A DNA stretch of 64,000 nt from assembly GCF_009914755.1 (NCBI RefSeq), contig NC_060934.1; one strand, given 5' to 3'. The stretch is from the human T2T-CHM13v2.0 reference genome, Homo sapiens. The position numbers were made by a program, and so were the translations under genes. Each line of letters opens with the position of its first letter. Position 1 is the stretch's first letter. Shown piece after piece: positions 44,993 to 59,044 of the stretch. The notes under the pieces are model-generated. The model did no database searches. It was given only the letters and a program-made list of their open reading frames with translations, and was not told the origin of the DNA.

Positions 44993-46579
44993 GATATATC
45001 TCTTTCCATCTCTCCTACTTGGACAAGATGCTCATCAGACCCCACAGCTGGGGCTGCCGGACCCCTTCCAGGGATTCTTCCCAGAGGGGCCTTTGTCAGA
45101 GTGGGAGGTTGGGAAGGTTCCCGGCTCCAAAGTGAAAGCATTTGCCTTAATCCAAAGAAACCTGATGTGCTGCTTGCCCACAACAGGTCACATGTCCCGT
45201 GAGCCAAGTGTACATCCTGTTAGCAGCCCACAGTGGGTCATCCTGGGGCAAAAGCTTGGCCCCTGGTGGGTTCATCACAGCTCCCGGCTCCGAGGAAGCC
45301 CCTGGCTGGAGGCTGGTGCATTCTCTCTCCCCTGATCTGTGTGCACCCGCTTCTCACTCACCTCGAGCCCGGCCTGGCTTTCGGCAGCTGCCCTCTGTGG
45401 GAACCTCTTTTTATCAAGTGCGGAATAACCACACCAGTATCCGGTTATTGGTACTTCTCACAGAAATGCCCTCTCCTTCGATGGCCACAATAAGTAATTC
45501 TGCTCTTACATAGAAAAACGAAGCATTCCAAGAATGCAAAAAATGTTTATTTGAGGGAGTACATAGGATTCTGCTCTGGGAGCAAACACATTCATCTGGA
45601 TGGTGACTCCAATTTCCACAGGAAGATCCCAGGCCATGGCTTTCCTGAGCCTCAGCGATCCTTCCTGGGGGCCTCTTCTGAGCTCTCCTTGCTCCCATCC
45701 CACTGCCCTGGCCTCTTCTCTGCCTCCTTCTGCCGCTGTCACCATCCTCCAGCTCTCAGGCTGATTGATGTCAGTGGAACAGCCTACGATGGCCCCAGAG
45801 AGCTGCCTTGCCTGCATCCTGGGCCATCTGAATGCAGGCATGAGAGTGTCCAGAGAGGCCACTCTGTAGAGCAGGCCATGCCAGGCGCCCGGCCACTGCC
45901 TTGTCTCCAGCCACAAGGTAAGTAAATGCACCTGTTATCCACAGACAATCCTACTCACTCTGTGAAATAAACATTGTTTGCATTCTTGGGATGCATCATT
46001 TTTTTACGTAACAAAAAGCAAATAAAATATTTATCTTCATTCCCAGCTGTCTCCACAAGATCTAATTTAATTGCCATTTAAATTGGAGAAAATGTTTTAA
46101 ATAAATTTCCTTGTGATTTGGGGAGTGGCTGATTATATAAATGTGTTAGGGGAATAAAGCAATGAATCTGGAATTCAGACAAACCACACAGAGGGAAGCT
46201 TGGCCTCTTAAAACGGGCTTATGATCCCAGAGGCAGAAAGACCATCAGATGTGGGGTCAGAGGTGGGCCTCCAGCCTGTGCTCATGGTGCAGTTATGGGG
46301 GTATGGGTGGCCCCGTCCTTGGTCTGGGCAGTGGCTGACGCTCTCTCCTGGGCCTGCCACAGGCTGGGGTGTCACCTCCAGGTCCTCTGAGGGATGGGGG
46401 CCGTCGTGACAGTCCTGGGATCACCTGGGAGCATGCAGAGGACTCGGCACTTACAGTCACCTGCTGATTCCAAAGTGGCATCCAGAGCTGGGCCCGGGGC
46501 CTGGTCTTGTATGTTTGTTTTGTGTTGAATTTCCCTGGTTGATTCTGAGGTCCAGCCAGCTTTAGAAAACCTGTTGTTT

Positions 46580-46793
46580 AAGGTTGGGGTCCACAGATGC
46601 CTTTCTAAGAGCCAGATACAATTTCAGGTTTTGTGGGCCCCACAGCCTGGGTTGCAGGAGCTCGCCCACCACTGTAGCATGAAAGCAGGTGCAGGAAACA
46701 CTGAAGGGATGACGTGGCTGAATCCCAGGAAAACCCCGATTTACAGAACAGCCAGGGGCGAGGTCGGGCCTGGGGCATTTGCCAACCGTGGCT
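46580..46793. mobile_element. MER58A-like DNA transposon remnant
   Basis: agagccagata...caggttttgtgggcc...ccactgtagcatgaaagcag...cgtggctg...atttacagaacag...tttgccaacc. Confidence 0.7.
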
Positions 46794-47954
46794 TAAGGCC
46801 TTGTCCCTTGAAGGGCACCTTAAAATACAGATAATAGAAGAACGTGAAAACACAGCTTCTCAACCCCAGCATGGACTGAGAATTGTTTTGTTATAATCTT
46901 GTTTCAATATGTACAAATATTCAACTAGACATAAACTCCTCTTACTTTTTGCTTTTATATGGCTTTAACAACAAAGCACATTAATAAATTAAACACAAAA
47001 CTATAACAGCAACAAAATTCAAATTAAAAATATAAATTCAATGTGGCAGATGTTATGGTTTTGCTGACACCAAATCACCATCCTGGGACTCAGTCCCATC
47101 ACTTCCCCCCTTGGCACCACTGCACCCTCCTCCTGGGAGCGCCTTCAGCAGCATGAGGCAGGGCCCTGCCTGGACGAGCGCCTGGACACGTCGGGTGTGT
47201 GCCATGTCATGGGCAAAGGCTCACAGTCTTGAGAAGAGACCAAGCTCAGCAGGCACCAAGCTCGCCTGCAAGGCATTTCCTATGTGCTAGGAGTGCGTGC
47301 ACACATATGTATGTGGTGGGTACATACACGCGTGTGGTGCATGTGTGCAGGTGTGTGTGTGTGTTTACGTTTGCATCAGCATGAAAATGCAAAGTCTTTA
47401 ACTTCCATAGAAAGCCACGCCCCCCACCCTGACTGCACCCATGTGGGCCAGTTTAAGGAAGCTGGCAGAAATTCACTGGTGTGTTCCTGAGCCCTGGAGA
47501 TCACTTTGGCATCACTGCCCTAAGATGTGGACAATGAGATTGGGAGGAGGAGCTGGCAAGCTTGCAGGGAAGGGGCCGTCGGGAGGGACTAGGACAGGGT
47601 GACTGAGGGCAGCAGGCACTGACAGGAAGGACCCACGTAGAGCAGGTCTCACAGTGGACCCCACGAGAAAACAAGGGCTGCTCCCCCGAGGGACACCCAG
47701 TGCCTCAGCTACCCGACCGGCAGCAGCACCAGCATGGATAGCACACTCTGTTCCCCAAAAATCTAAGCCATTGATGGATGACACGTGGGAGCACGGTTAT
47801 AACACGCATTTCTTTTGACCCTTTTTTTCCACTCAGCACAATCAGCAACTCTGGCTGGATGCTGAAAACCCCATGGAAGCATTACCCATGTGGGGTTTCA
47901 GAGACACGGAGTTTGTGGAAATTGCGTTGGAACCTAACTTCTGAGGTCAGCGGC

Positions 47955-48085
47955 TGTTCCAGACACCGAGTTCTAATCCTAAATCTTGTAGCAGCGCCGT
48001 GTAACTTAGAGCAGACTCCCCAAACCCTCTGCTTTCTCCTCTGGAAAGCAGGACAATACCATCCACCGGGCCAGGCTGTTCTGCC
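47955..48085 (+). mobile_element. MIR remnant
   Basis: cagacaccgagttctaatcct...gtgtaacttagagcagact...ctttctcctctggaaagcaggacaatac. Confidence 0.6.
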
Positions 48086-48650
48086 AAATAGGACGTCAGG
48101 GTGGCTGGGAGCTCCTTAGGAGAACCGACACAGCCTGCTGCTTAGAGGGTTTGGGGCTTCTTAAGTGGAGTGGGTGGAAAGGATCACATGACCCACGTGT
48201 GTGGCCCAGAAGGTCTGAAGGTTCTGAAGTCCCTTTTAAAACAGTGACTGAGTTTTCAGACTAAGGGGGCCCACTCGTATTCATCTTCAGCCTGGAAACT
48301 AGCACACATCAGACACCTGGGAAATCTGGGAATAAAAGATGAAAAGGATCATCCAAGGAGCAGGATAGCTCATTGATTTGCCTGTAAACCAGGTGCCAAG
48401 CCCTGGAACTGGAGCAAAACTCATCCAGCCCACATTTTCCCACTCCCGTGAGTGGGCCTCAAGGGCCACCCATGCTGTCCTCAGAGAGAAGGGCCCCTCA
48501 CCAGGGCCAAGACTCCAGCAGAGCCTGTCCTGGGGACATTTGGAGGGGGTCACAATGCTCATGCCGACCAGGACAGCAGCCATGAGACTGGGGCTCTGCT
48601 GGAGCTCTTGACAAACTAATTCCATGATTCTCCCCATGCCTGATGGGATA

Positions 48651-48872
48651 GATGCACAGGCACGTGTGCACACGCATGCACTCACACCCATGCATGCACA
48701 CAATGCACACATGCATGCATGCACTCACACCCAGGCATGCACACACATGCACATGCACACACAAACACACACATGCACACACACCCACACATACATGCAC
48801 ACATGCACATACATGCACTCACACCCAGGCACACACACACACATGCACTCACACTCAGGCATGCACACACAA
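48651..48872 (+). repeat. CA/CATG-rich low-complexity tract
   Basis: atgcacacacatgcacatgcacac... Confidence 0.9.
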
Positions 48873-48879
48873 GACAAGA

Positions 48880-49757
<878 letters not shown>

Positions 49758-50801
49758 TCAGGGAGACACCCAGAGAAGGAGCCAGGAAGGGAGCCGTGTG
49801 GGAGGACAGAAGTTGCCGCTGACATTTTCTGCAAGTTGCTTTCTGTGGTGAGTCTGATGTGAAGTCTCCTTCCCCGAGAAGCTCCCCAGTAGGATTCGAG
49901 CTGCCCATGGGTGCTTTCCCTGGCCCTGGCTCTCTAGGATAGAGGCAAAGAAGCACCGGCTCAGCCTCCCATCCACCGAGATGCCAGCAGAGGGTTCACA
50001 GTGAGGCAGGAGGAGCAGAAAAGGTGGCTGGGGGTGACCTCTGGAGGGGCCCAGGCCAGGCTGTCAGTCCTGAGGGACTGCCCACCTAGAGCAGCTCGTC
50101 CCCCGAACACCTGTCAGATGGCCTGGGCTGTCCACCCGCAGCGCATTGAGGGTGACACAGAGGAAGGTCGAGGACAGCTCCCTGCAAAGAGGCTGCAGAG
50201 CTGAACCTCTGATCCCACACTGGTGCTCCCCAAAAGGAAGCCCTCATAAATAGAAGAGCTGGTGCAGTCTCCAGACTGTTTTTATTGTTGGATTAATCTG
50301 TCTTCCCTGATATAAATATTTTATGTTCCATAGCCTGGAGACTCAGTTATGACAATCACACTGCCTGGCTCCACTTTGAAGGAAATACCTCTGTGAAGGA
50401 AGACGGTGCCCCTCTGTCTTCCTGGACCATGGGCAGCCTCTGCCAGACACAGGACACAGGCCAAGAGACAGAGGGGTCCAGGGAGAAAAGTTCTGAGAAC
50501 ACGAGAGAGCAGGGTGCCTGCACCTCCACGACTCAGAGATGCCAGTCCCCCAATGAAGGTGGAAACCAGGAGGGAGCTAGGGACTCGTGGGAGCTCAGAG
50601 AGGTGACTCAGACCCTCCCCAACCCCAGTCCTCAGATAACTGTCACCTGCCACCTACCTCTACCCATTCAGGCACAATTCATATGGCAGACACTCTTTAA
50701 AGGAAATTTTAAAGTGTGGCAATTAAAACCTCAAACAGAACTGCTCTTCCACTGTTGTGCATGGACTCTGTAGAAGCTCTAGGATTGCAGAAAGCAGTTG
50801 A

Positions 50802-51481
50802 GATGCTGGACTTTAATTACGGCATGGAGGCTCTAGATTGTGGACTCTAATTATGGCATGGAAGCTCTAGATGCTGGACTCTAATTATGGCAGGGAGGCT
50901 CTAGATGCTGGACTCTAATTATGGCATGGAGGCTCTAGATGCTGGACTCTAATTATGGCATGGAGGCTCTAGATGCTGGACTCTAATTATGGCATGGAGG
51001 CTCTGGATGCTGGACATTAATTATGGCATGGAAGCTCTAGATGCTGGACTCTAATTATGGCATGGAAGCTCTAGATGCTGGACTCTAATTATGGCATGGA
51101 GGCTCTAGATGCTGGACTCTAATTATGGCATGGAGGCTCTAGATGCTGGACTCTAATTATGGCATGGAGGCTCTAGATGCTGGACTCTGATTATGGCATG
51201 GAGGCTCTAGATGCTGGACTCTAATTATGGCAGGGAGGCTCTAGATGCTGGACTCTAATTATGGCAGGGAGGCTCTAGATGCTGGACGCTAATTATGGCA
51301 TGGAGGCTCTAGATGCTGGACTCTAATTATGGCAGGGAGGCTCTACATGCTGGACTCTAATTATGGCATGGAAGCTCTAGATCCTGGACTCTAATTATGG
51401 CAGGGAGGCTCTAGATGCTGGACTCTAATTATGGCAGGGAGGCTCTAGATGCTATGCTCTAATTATGTCATGGAGGCTCTA
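50802..51481. repeat. 34-bp VNTR/minisatellite, 20 units
   Basis: Unit gatgctggactctaattatggcatggaggctcta; 680 bp / 34 = 20. Confidence 0.99.
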
Positions 51482-51790
51482 ACTATCATGGTTTGTTGAT
51501 GTAATTACTGAATACCAAGAAAATTCCAGAAAATAAGAGGAAAATTTATGAGAATTCATGAAAGACTTCTGTGCAAAGTTGTTGAAAACATGATCATGTA
51601 AATAAATCAATAGTTTTTCTATATGGTAGCAATAATCAGTAGAGGGGAAAAAAATCCCAATACCTTTCATTATAGAGGCAGAAAACCTACCTGTCTGGTA
51701 GGATTGTTGCCATACAATGGAAAGAGTTATTTGTAGAAAATTACAAGACTGTATGGGGACATACAAAGAAAAATAATAACGGATGTGCCA

Positions 51791-52226
51791 TGTGGAGTCA
51801 GCTGAATGACGTCAACCCTGACGGTGTCTGCGTCATCCAACTCAGGGTCCCTGTGCAGGCTGCCTCTCTTGGGTAAAGGGGCTCACAGGTGTGATAAGTG
51901 AGAGGGACCTTGAGACTTACCTGGGGGACTCAGGGTCATCGCAAGGGGCCCTGGGAGAGGGAGGCCAGAGGGTCAGGGTCAGAACACAGTGACCGAGGCC
52001 AAGATGACAGAGATTCAAAGAGGTGGCAGTGCTGGCTTTGAGGATGGAGGGCGGGGCCCCAAGCCCAGGATGCAGGTGGCCAAGAGGAGCTGGAAAGGCC
52101 GGAGGTGGACCCTCCCCGAGAGCCTCGCGAGAAACCAACCCTGCCCCAACCTCCTCCCTCCTGAACATCAAAATAATGTGTGTTATTTGTGGTAATTTGT
52201 TACAGCAACAACTGGAAAATAATACA
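51791..52226 (+). mobile_element. MLT1D-type solo LTR inside an old sense L1M fragment
   Basis: tgctggctttgaggatggagg...aagcccaggatgcaggtggc...gagctggaaaggc...ttgtggtaatttgttacagcaac..ggaaaataataca. Confidence 0.8.
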
Positions 52227-55089
52227 TTATGTTTCTAAGGAAAAGAAAATCATAAAACTTAATTCCAAAATTACATCTAGGTTCACCCTATTCAAATCAA
52301 AATCCATGCAAGTTTTTGTTTGATATGACAGCATGATTATAAAATAATATTGAATAAGCAGGTAGAAAGCCAGGAAGACTTTGAAAAGTTAAAAGAAAAA
52401 TAAAGCAATCACGGGAAGCAATGGCCGCCTTGGGGGTGCCAGGCTCTGACCAGGAGGCAGGAAGAGGACGTGGCCCTCGGAGCTCGATCCCGTGGCTGCT
52501 CAGTGAAAAGCTCATCCGGTGATCATCGTTCCTAAAACAAAACGCCATTTTTCCTGACAAATCAGTGAAAATGTGAAAGAGAAAAGTGCGTATTTGCTGC
52601 TTTGCAGACTTCCACAAGGACTGGCTGTCCGGCCTGCCCCGCCCTAAGGTGGGTGTTGGGCACAGGGAGGGGAGAGAGTGCGAGGACAAGGAGGTGTCAC
52701 TCACTGGGAGCAGCCCCCACCCCGAGCACCCAGGGAGCTGGGCTTGAGCAGAAATCCCAGGCGGCCGCCCGGCATGGCATGGGTGGGGGCAGCTGTGTTT
52801 ATTCATCGGGAGCCCTCTCAGGCCAGGGAAGTGGGGCCTGCAGGCCCGGGCTCCAGGAGAGGATCTGCTGTGAACATTGAAGAAGAAATCTGAGGCTGTG
52901 GGACCCCTGGAAGCAGGTGGCCCATGAGGCAGGACTTCAGCTCTATCAGAGTCAGAGGAGGGAGAGCCAGGATGGCACCAGCCTCCCACCCTCAAGTCCG
53001 GACAGACGGGGTGTCCAGGGCCCAGCAGGGAGTCAGGCTCAGGGTTGGCCCCTGGGGCTTGGGGCAGCCCCTGGTTATCTGGGGAAAATGTGCGGGGCAG
53101 TGGGCTATAGGGGACCCATGAATGTCACAAGACAGCAGAAGCCTTGCCCAAGGGGGCTGGGTATGGGGCAAGAGAGTGGAGGCCAGAGGACAAGGATGAG
53201 GCCACACCTAAGAAGGGGACCAGGGCATCACCTGCCCTCCCGAGGCTCGGGGGCCGGGGGGGGCCAACCTATAAGCAGAAATTGCGTTTCTCCAGCCTAT
53301 AAGCAGAAATCAAAGAAGCTCCATTACTTATGAAAAATCCAGTTGATGCTTATGTATTTAAATATTAAGCGGGAAGGAAGCCAGATCCTTGAAGTTCAGA
53401 TCAAGCTGAGCACCCGAAATGAGGAAATGTCAGCGCCGGCGGGCTGGGGGCACGCACCTCCCTCCCCACCCGCCTCATGCTTTCAGCACTTCAGGGTTTT
53501 TATATCAAAAACGTGGAACACTGTTTGAAAGCAATGAAAGGTCTGGGATTTAGTCTGTGTAGGGAATGGGTGAACCCAGGCACTGATCCCTGGAAGAGAG
53601 TGAACTTCCCACACTGCCCCCACAGGCTGGTGACCCCGACTGCCCTCCTGGTGCAAGGCTGGTCTGTCAGAGACCGGTGGCCAAAGGAAGGATGAGAGAA
53701 GTCACCTCCATTTATATTTCTGGAGCCTTTACTACAGGCCAGACCCTGTTCTCAGAGTTTGACAATAATCCTCGCCACAGCCTCACTGCATGAAAAAATC
53801 GTGGGAAGGTGAAGTCTTTTGTCCAAGGTCAACCTCCTAAGATCAGCCTCTGGAGGGTTGAACCAGTAGCCAGGCCAGTGCTGGAGCTCTTGGCCTAAAC
53901 AGGGCCCCGGCCCCACGAGCTTCCCCTGGACACCCCTCTCAACCCCACCCGCACCTGGAAGAACAATGGGCGTGGGATGATCTGTGAGTGTCCCGGGCGA
54001 CTCTCTGAGTCTCAGGGCATGGAATTCTTAGTGGGGTTCCCCATCCCCCATGGTGGGGAGGCTGCAGAGAGGTGCCTGTCTTTGCTAAGTGAAAGGAGAC
54101 GACCAGTGACACCCCCCCATGGCACACATGGGAAGGACCTGGAAGACATCTCAACCCATCTGCCAAGTGCAAGTGCAGAGGCAGAAAGGTTGAGAGGAGA
54201 CGGGATGCAGAGCCTGGGGAAAGGACGGGCTGGGGTAAAGAGGGCCCAGCCCTGCCTCTGGGGGCTGCACACAAGCCCTGTGCTGGCCGAGGACCAGGTA
54301 GGCTGGCCGGCTGCCCCATGGAGAGGGGCAAAGGGGCAAACAGAGAGCAACACCTGGCATTTGTCTTCCTCCTGAGAGTTGCCTGGGCTCCATACAGAAC
54401 GTAGAGGGTGGCAGGGGCCAAGATCACCGCCCACTGGCCCCACAGGATGGACACCGTCCTTCAAGGCTGGGAGGAGGGTCTGAGTGTGAGGGCTGTGGCT
54501 TCATTACCCATCATGCACAGCAGCATGTTCATGCAGTCAATCAGCAAACATCTGTGCACCTGCGAAGTGCTGAGAACGCAGCACTGAGCAAGACACTGCC
54601 CCTCCATGGAGGAACTCACAGGTGTGGGAGTGGGCAGGCAGGAGGCCGGGCGCACATGCAGTGTGTGAGCCTGAGGCACCCTAGGGCTGAGGAAGGGACC
54701 TGGGCTGCTCTGGGAGCCCCAGAACGCAGCTGGAAGGAGGAGGCGACCTTGAGCGAGCCTTGAGGGAAATGCACAAGTTAATCTGGCTGGAGGTACCTCC
54801 CCCACCATCATAGCCCACCCTCAACACGCCAGCTCACTGCGAGTGCCACACCCGGATGGGGAACGATCCAGCTCTCACCTCACTTTCTGGTGCACAGTGT
54901 CCCTCTGCAGCCATGACCCCCACCCCATGCTGCCACGTGAGCCTGGCCATGCTCGTTTACTTTTATTTCCTTTTAAAACTCTCTACTGGAATAGAATGTG
55001 CATTTATCATAAGTGAGCAGATCATTGGATTTTCACAAACCAAATCATCCATGTAACCAGCACCTACACCAAGAGATGGAACCTAACCA

Positions 55090-55335
55090 GGCACCCCCAC
55101 AAAACCCACGCCCCTGCCCACTCCCAACACCCCACGCTCCTGCCCCACCCCTGCAAACCTAGGCTCATATCCCACCCTGCCCACCCCATGCTCCCTCCCC
55201 ACCCACCCCACGCTCCCTCCCCACCCCTGCAAACCCAGGCTCACGCCCCACCCCTGCAAACCCAGGCTCACGCCCCACCCCACCCACCCCGCGCTCCTGC
55301 CCCACCCCGCGCTCCTGCCCCACCCCCACCCCACC
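55090..55335. repeat. C-rich degenerate repeat (G-tracts on the - strand)
   Basis: ccccacccctgcaaacccaggctcacg and ccccacccc motifs repeated. Confidence 0.85.
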
Positions 55336-55384
55336 AGGTAACCACCTTCTTGATTTCTCGCATCAGCGTCTGGCCTGTTTTTTT

Positions 55385-55775
55385 AATTTTTTTTTTCTTT
55401 TAACAGCTTTATTGAGACATAATTCACATACCATAAAATTCACTTTTTAAAAGTGTACAGTTCAGTGGTTTTGAGTGTAATCATGGAGTTGCAAAATCAT
55501 CACGACTGTCTAATTTTAGAACATCTTCATCACCCCCAAAGATACCCGATACCCTCCTCAGTCACTCCCCGTTCCCTTCCTCAGCCCCCACGCAGCAACA
55601 GTCACTCCCCGTTCCCTTCCTCAGCCCCCACGAGGCGACAGTCACTCCCCGTTCCCTTCTTCAGCCCCCACGCAGCAACAGTCACTTCCCATTTCCTTCA
55701 TCAGCCCCCAGGCTGCAACTGCTAATCTGCTTTCTGTCTCTAGGGATTGGCCTGTTCTGGACATTTCATATCCAC
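55385..55775 (-). mobile_element. L1MB 3' end containing a 40-bp tandem repeat (~3.5 copies, 55559-55710)
   Basis: aacagctttattgagacataattcacataccataaaattcac...; unit cagtcactccccgttcccttcctcagcccccacgcagcaa. Confidence 0.9.
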
Positions 55776-55831
55776 AGTGCCACCCATGTCTCACTCCAGA
55801 CCTTGGGGGTCTCCCCCAATACTCGGTCTCC

Positions 55832-56775
55832 CCCATCGAGTATGACATATGCTATGGGATCTTCATATATGCTGTTCATCACACATCTGTACCACCGAGT
55901 ATGAAACATGCTCTGGGATCTTCATATATGCTGTCCATCACGCATCTGTGCCATCGAGTGTGACGCATGTGGCTGGATTGTCATACATCCTCTCTATCAT
56001 GTATCTGCACCATTATGATGTGTGCTGTGAGATCTTCATACGTGCTCTCTGTCATGCATCTGTACCTTCGAGTGTGACACATGCTCTGAGATCTTCATAC
56101 ATGCTATCACACATCTGTACCATTATGACGCATGCTGTGGGGTCTCCATACATGCTCTCAATCATGCATCAGTACCCTGCTGTGGGATCTTCATACATGC
56201 TCTCTATCACACATCTGTACCATTATGACGCATGCTGTGGGGTCTTCATACATGCTATCACGCATCTGTACCATTGAGTGTGACACATGCGGCCAGATCT
56301 TCATACGTGCTGTCAATCACGCATCTGTACCATCGAGTAAGACACGTGCTGCAGGATCTTCATACATGCTCTCTTTCACGCATCTGTACCATGCTGTGGG
56401 ATCTTCATACATGCTCTCAATCATGCATCGGTACCATCGAGTATGATGCGTGCTGCAGGATCTTCATACATGCTCCCTATCACACATCTGTACCATTATG
56501 ACGCATGCTGTGGGGTCTTCATACATGCTCTCAATCATGCATTGGTACCATCGAGTATGACGCGTGCTGCAGGATCTTCATACATGCTCCCTATCACACT
56601 TCTGTACCATTATGGCGCGAGCTGCAGGATCTTCATACATGCTCTCTATCATGCATCTGTACCATGCTGTGGGATCTTCATACATGCTCTGTATCACACT
56701 TCTGTACCATTGAGTATGACATGTGCTGCGGGATCTTTGTACATGCTCTCTATCCCGCATCTGTATCATTGAGTT
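55832..56775. repeat. Degenerate ~45-60 bp tandem array, roughly 17 units
   Basis: gctgtgggatcttcatacatgctctctatcacacatctgtaccattatgacgcat variants. Confidence 0.9.
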
Positions 56776-56939
56776 TTAAAAATTAATCTCTCTCTTTACT
56801 TGTTATAAACCTATGCCAATTTTCTATTTCTTCTTGGATCAGTTTTCATAGTTTATGTCTTTCTAGAAATTTTCCCATGTCATCCAGTTATGAAATGTAG
56901 TGACATGCAGTTGTTCGTAATATACCCTGATAATCCTTT

Positions 56940-57225
56940 TTATTATTTAATTTTATTTTATTTTATTTTGAGACAGAGTCTCACTCTATTTCCCAGGCTG
57001 GAGCACAGTGGGACAATCTCAGCTCACTGCAACCTCTGCCTCCTGGTTCAAGTGATTCTCCTGCTTCAGCCTCCCAAGTAGCTGGGATTACAGGTGTATG
57101 GCACCATGTCTGTTTAATTTTTGTATTTTTGTAAAGACAGGGTTTCACCTTGTTGGCCAAGCTGGTCTCGAACTCCTGACTTCAGGTGATCCACCTGCCT
57201 CGGCCACCCGAAGTGCTGGGATTAC
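56940..57225 (-). mobile_element. AluS
   Basis: gagacagagtctcactctatttcccaggctgg...gtgctgggattac. Confidence 0.9.
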
Positions 57226-57257
57226 TGGATAATTCTTTTTATATCTATAAGGTTGGT

Positions 57258-57261
<4 letters not shown>

Positions 57262-57299
<38 letters not shown>

Positions 57300-57508
57300 G
57301 AGACGGAGTCTTGCTCTGTCGCCCAGGCTGGAGTGCTGGAGTGCATTGGTACAATCTCGGCTCACCGCAAGCTCCACCTCCTGGGTTCACGCCATTCTCC
57401 TGCCTCAGCCTCCTGAGTAGCTGGGACTACAGGCGCCTGCCACTACGCCCGGCTAATTTTTTGTATTTTTTAGTAGAGACAGGGTTTCACTGTGTTAGCC
57501 AGGATGGT
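57262..57508 (-). mobile_element. 5'-truncated AluY-type element with long T tail and TSD
   Basis: gcaagctccacctcctgggttcacgccattctcc...gttagccaggatggt; TSD ataaggttggtttt / atgaggttggtttt. Confidence 0.9.
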
Positions 57509-58071
57509 ATGAGGTTGGTTTTCATGTCACCTCTTTCATCTGATTTTATTAATCTGAGCCTTCTCCTTCTTTAGGTTTTGCCCATGTAGCTAAAGGCTTG
57601 TCATTGTCGTAGATCTTTTCGAATAACCAATTTTGGTTTTGTTGATTTCCTCTACTGTTTTTATACTCTATATTTTATTTCTTTTCACGCTAATCATTAT
57701 TATTTCCTCCAACTGGTCTGCTTTGGATTTATTTTGCTTTCCTTTTTTTAGTTTCTTGAGGTAAAGATTAGGTTATTGATTCGAGATCTTTTTTCTTTTT
57801 TAGTATGTGTTTGCAACTACAAACTTCCCTCAAAGCTCTGTTTTAGCTGCATCCAGTAAGTTTTTGTATGTTTTGTTTTCATTTTCATTCATCTCAAAGC
57901 ATTTTCTGATTCCTTTGTGACTCATTTGACACCCGGTTATTGAGGAATACGCTGTTTAATTTGTGTATATTTTTGAATTTCCCAAATTTCCTTCTTTTGC
58001 TGATTTCTAATTCTATCCCATGGTGGTCAGAAGATACTTTGCATGAAAGCAGTCTTTTAAAATATACTGAG

Positions 58072-58373
<302 letters not shown>

Positions 58374-58872
58374 TTATGGCTTAAGATATGGTCTATCCTG
58401 AGAATAGTCCCTCAAGATCCTTAACTTACTTACATCTACAAAGACCTTTATTCCAAATAAGGTCACATTCCCAGGTACCAGGTGGGCATATCTGGGGTCA
58501 GGGGGTTTCGGGCAAGGAGGGCATGTGAGCTAAACGCACAAACACCCAGGAGTGTGTGGGTGTGGGGCTCTGGGAAGTGTGAGGCTCTACCCCTGTCCTC
58601 GCCAGGCTGCTTCTCATGTCTCTACCCCCAGTGCCTGGAAAAGTCTCAGGCGCCCATGAGGAAGCCTCTCTCCCAGATCCTGGGCCCCAGCACCTCCCAC
58701 CTGCAGCATCGCACAGGCACAGGGATCCTCGGCACTGAGTGACCCTCGGCACTGAGGATCGGAGGCCGAGGGACACTTCGCAGCTGTGAGACTGAGACCC
58801 CGACGAGCAGCTTAACCTCCAGGGCCTCAGGACGTCTCCTCCAAGCTGGGTTGATGATGGCTGTGCCCAGAG

Positions 58873-59044
58873 GAACACTGTGCTCCCCACACCTGGCTTT
58901 CCCTGCGAGGACACGGCATCTGGGCTGGGCACGCGTCTGGGGCCCCTCCAGGCCTGGCGAACACTGTGCTCCCCCCACCTGGCTTTCCCTGTGAGGACAC
59001 GGCCTCTGGGCTGGGGGCACGTCTGGGGCCCCTGTGGGCCTGGC
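58873..59044. repeat. Two-copy 86-bp tandem duplication
   Basis: gaacactgtgctcccc..acctggctttccctg.gaggacacggc.tctgggctggg at 58873 and 58959. Confidence 0.9.

Noticed and set aside
55849-56786. Cys/His-periodic ORFs reminiscent of zinc fingers
   Set aside because: No C-x2-C...H-x3-H spacing or TGEKPY linkers; periodicity comes from the tandem DNA repeat.
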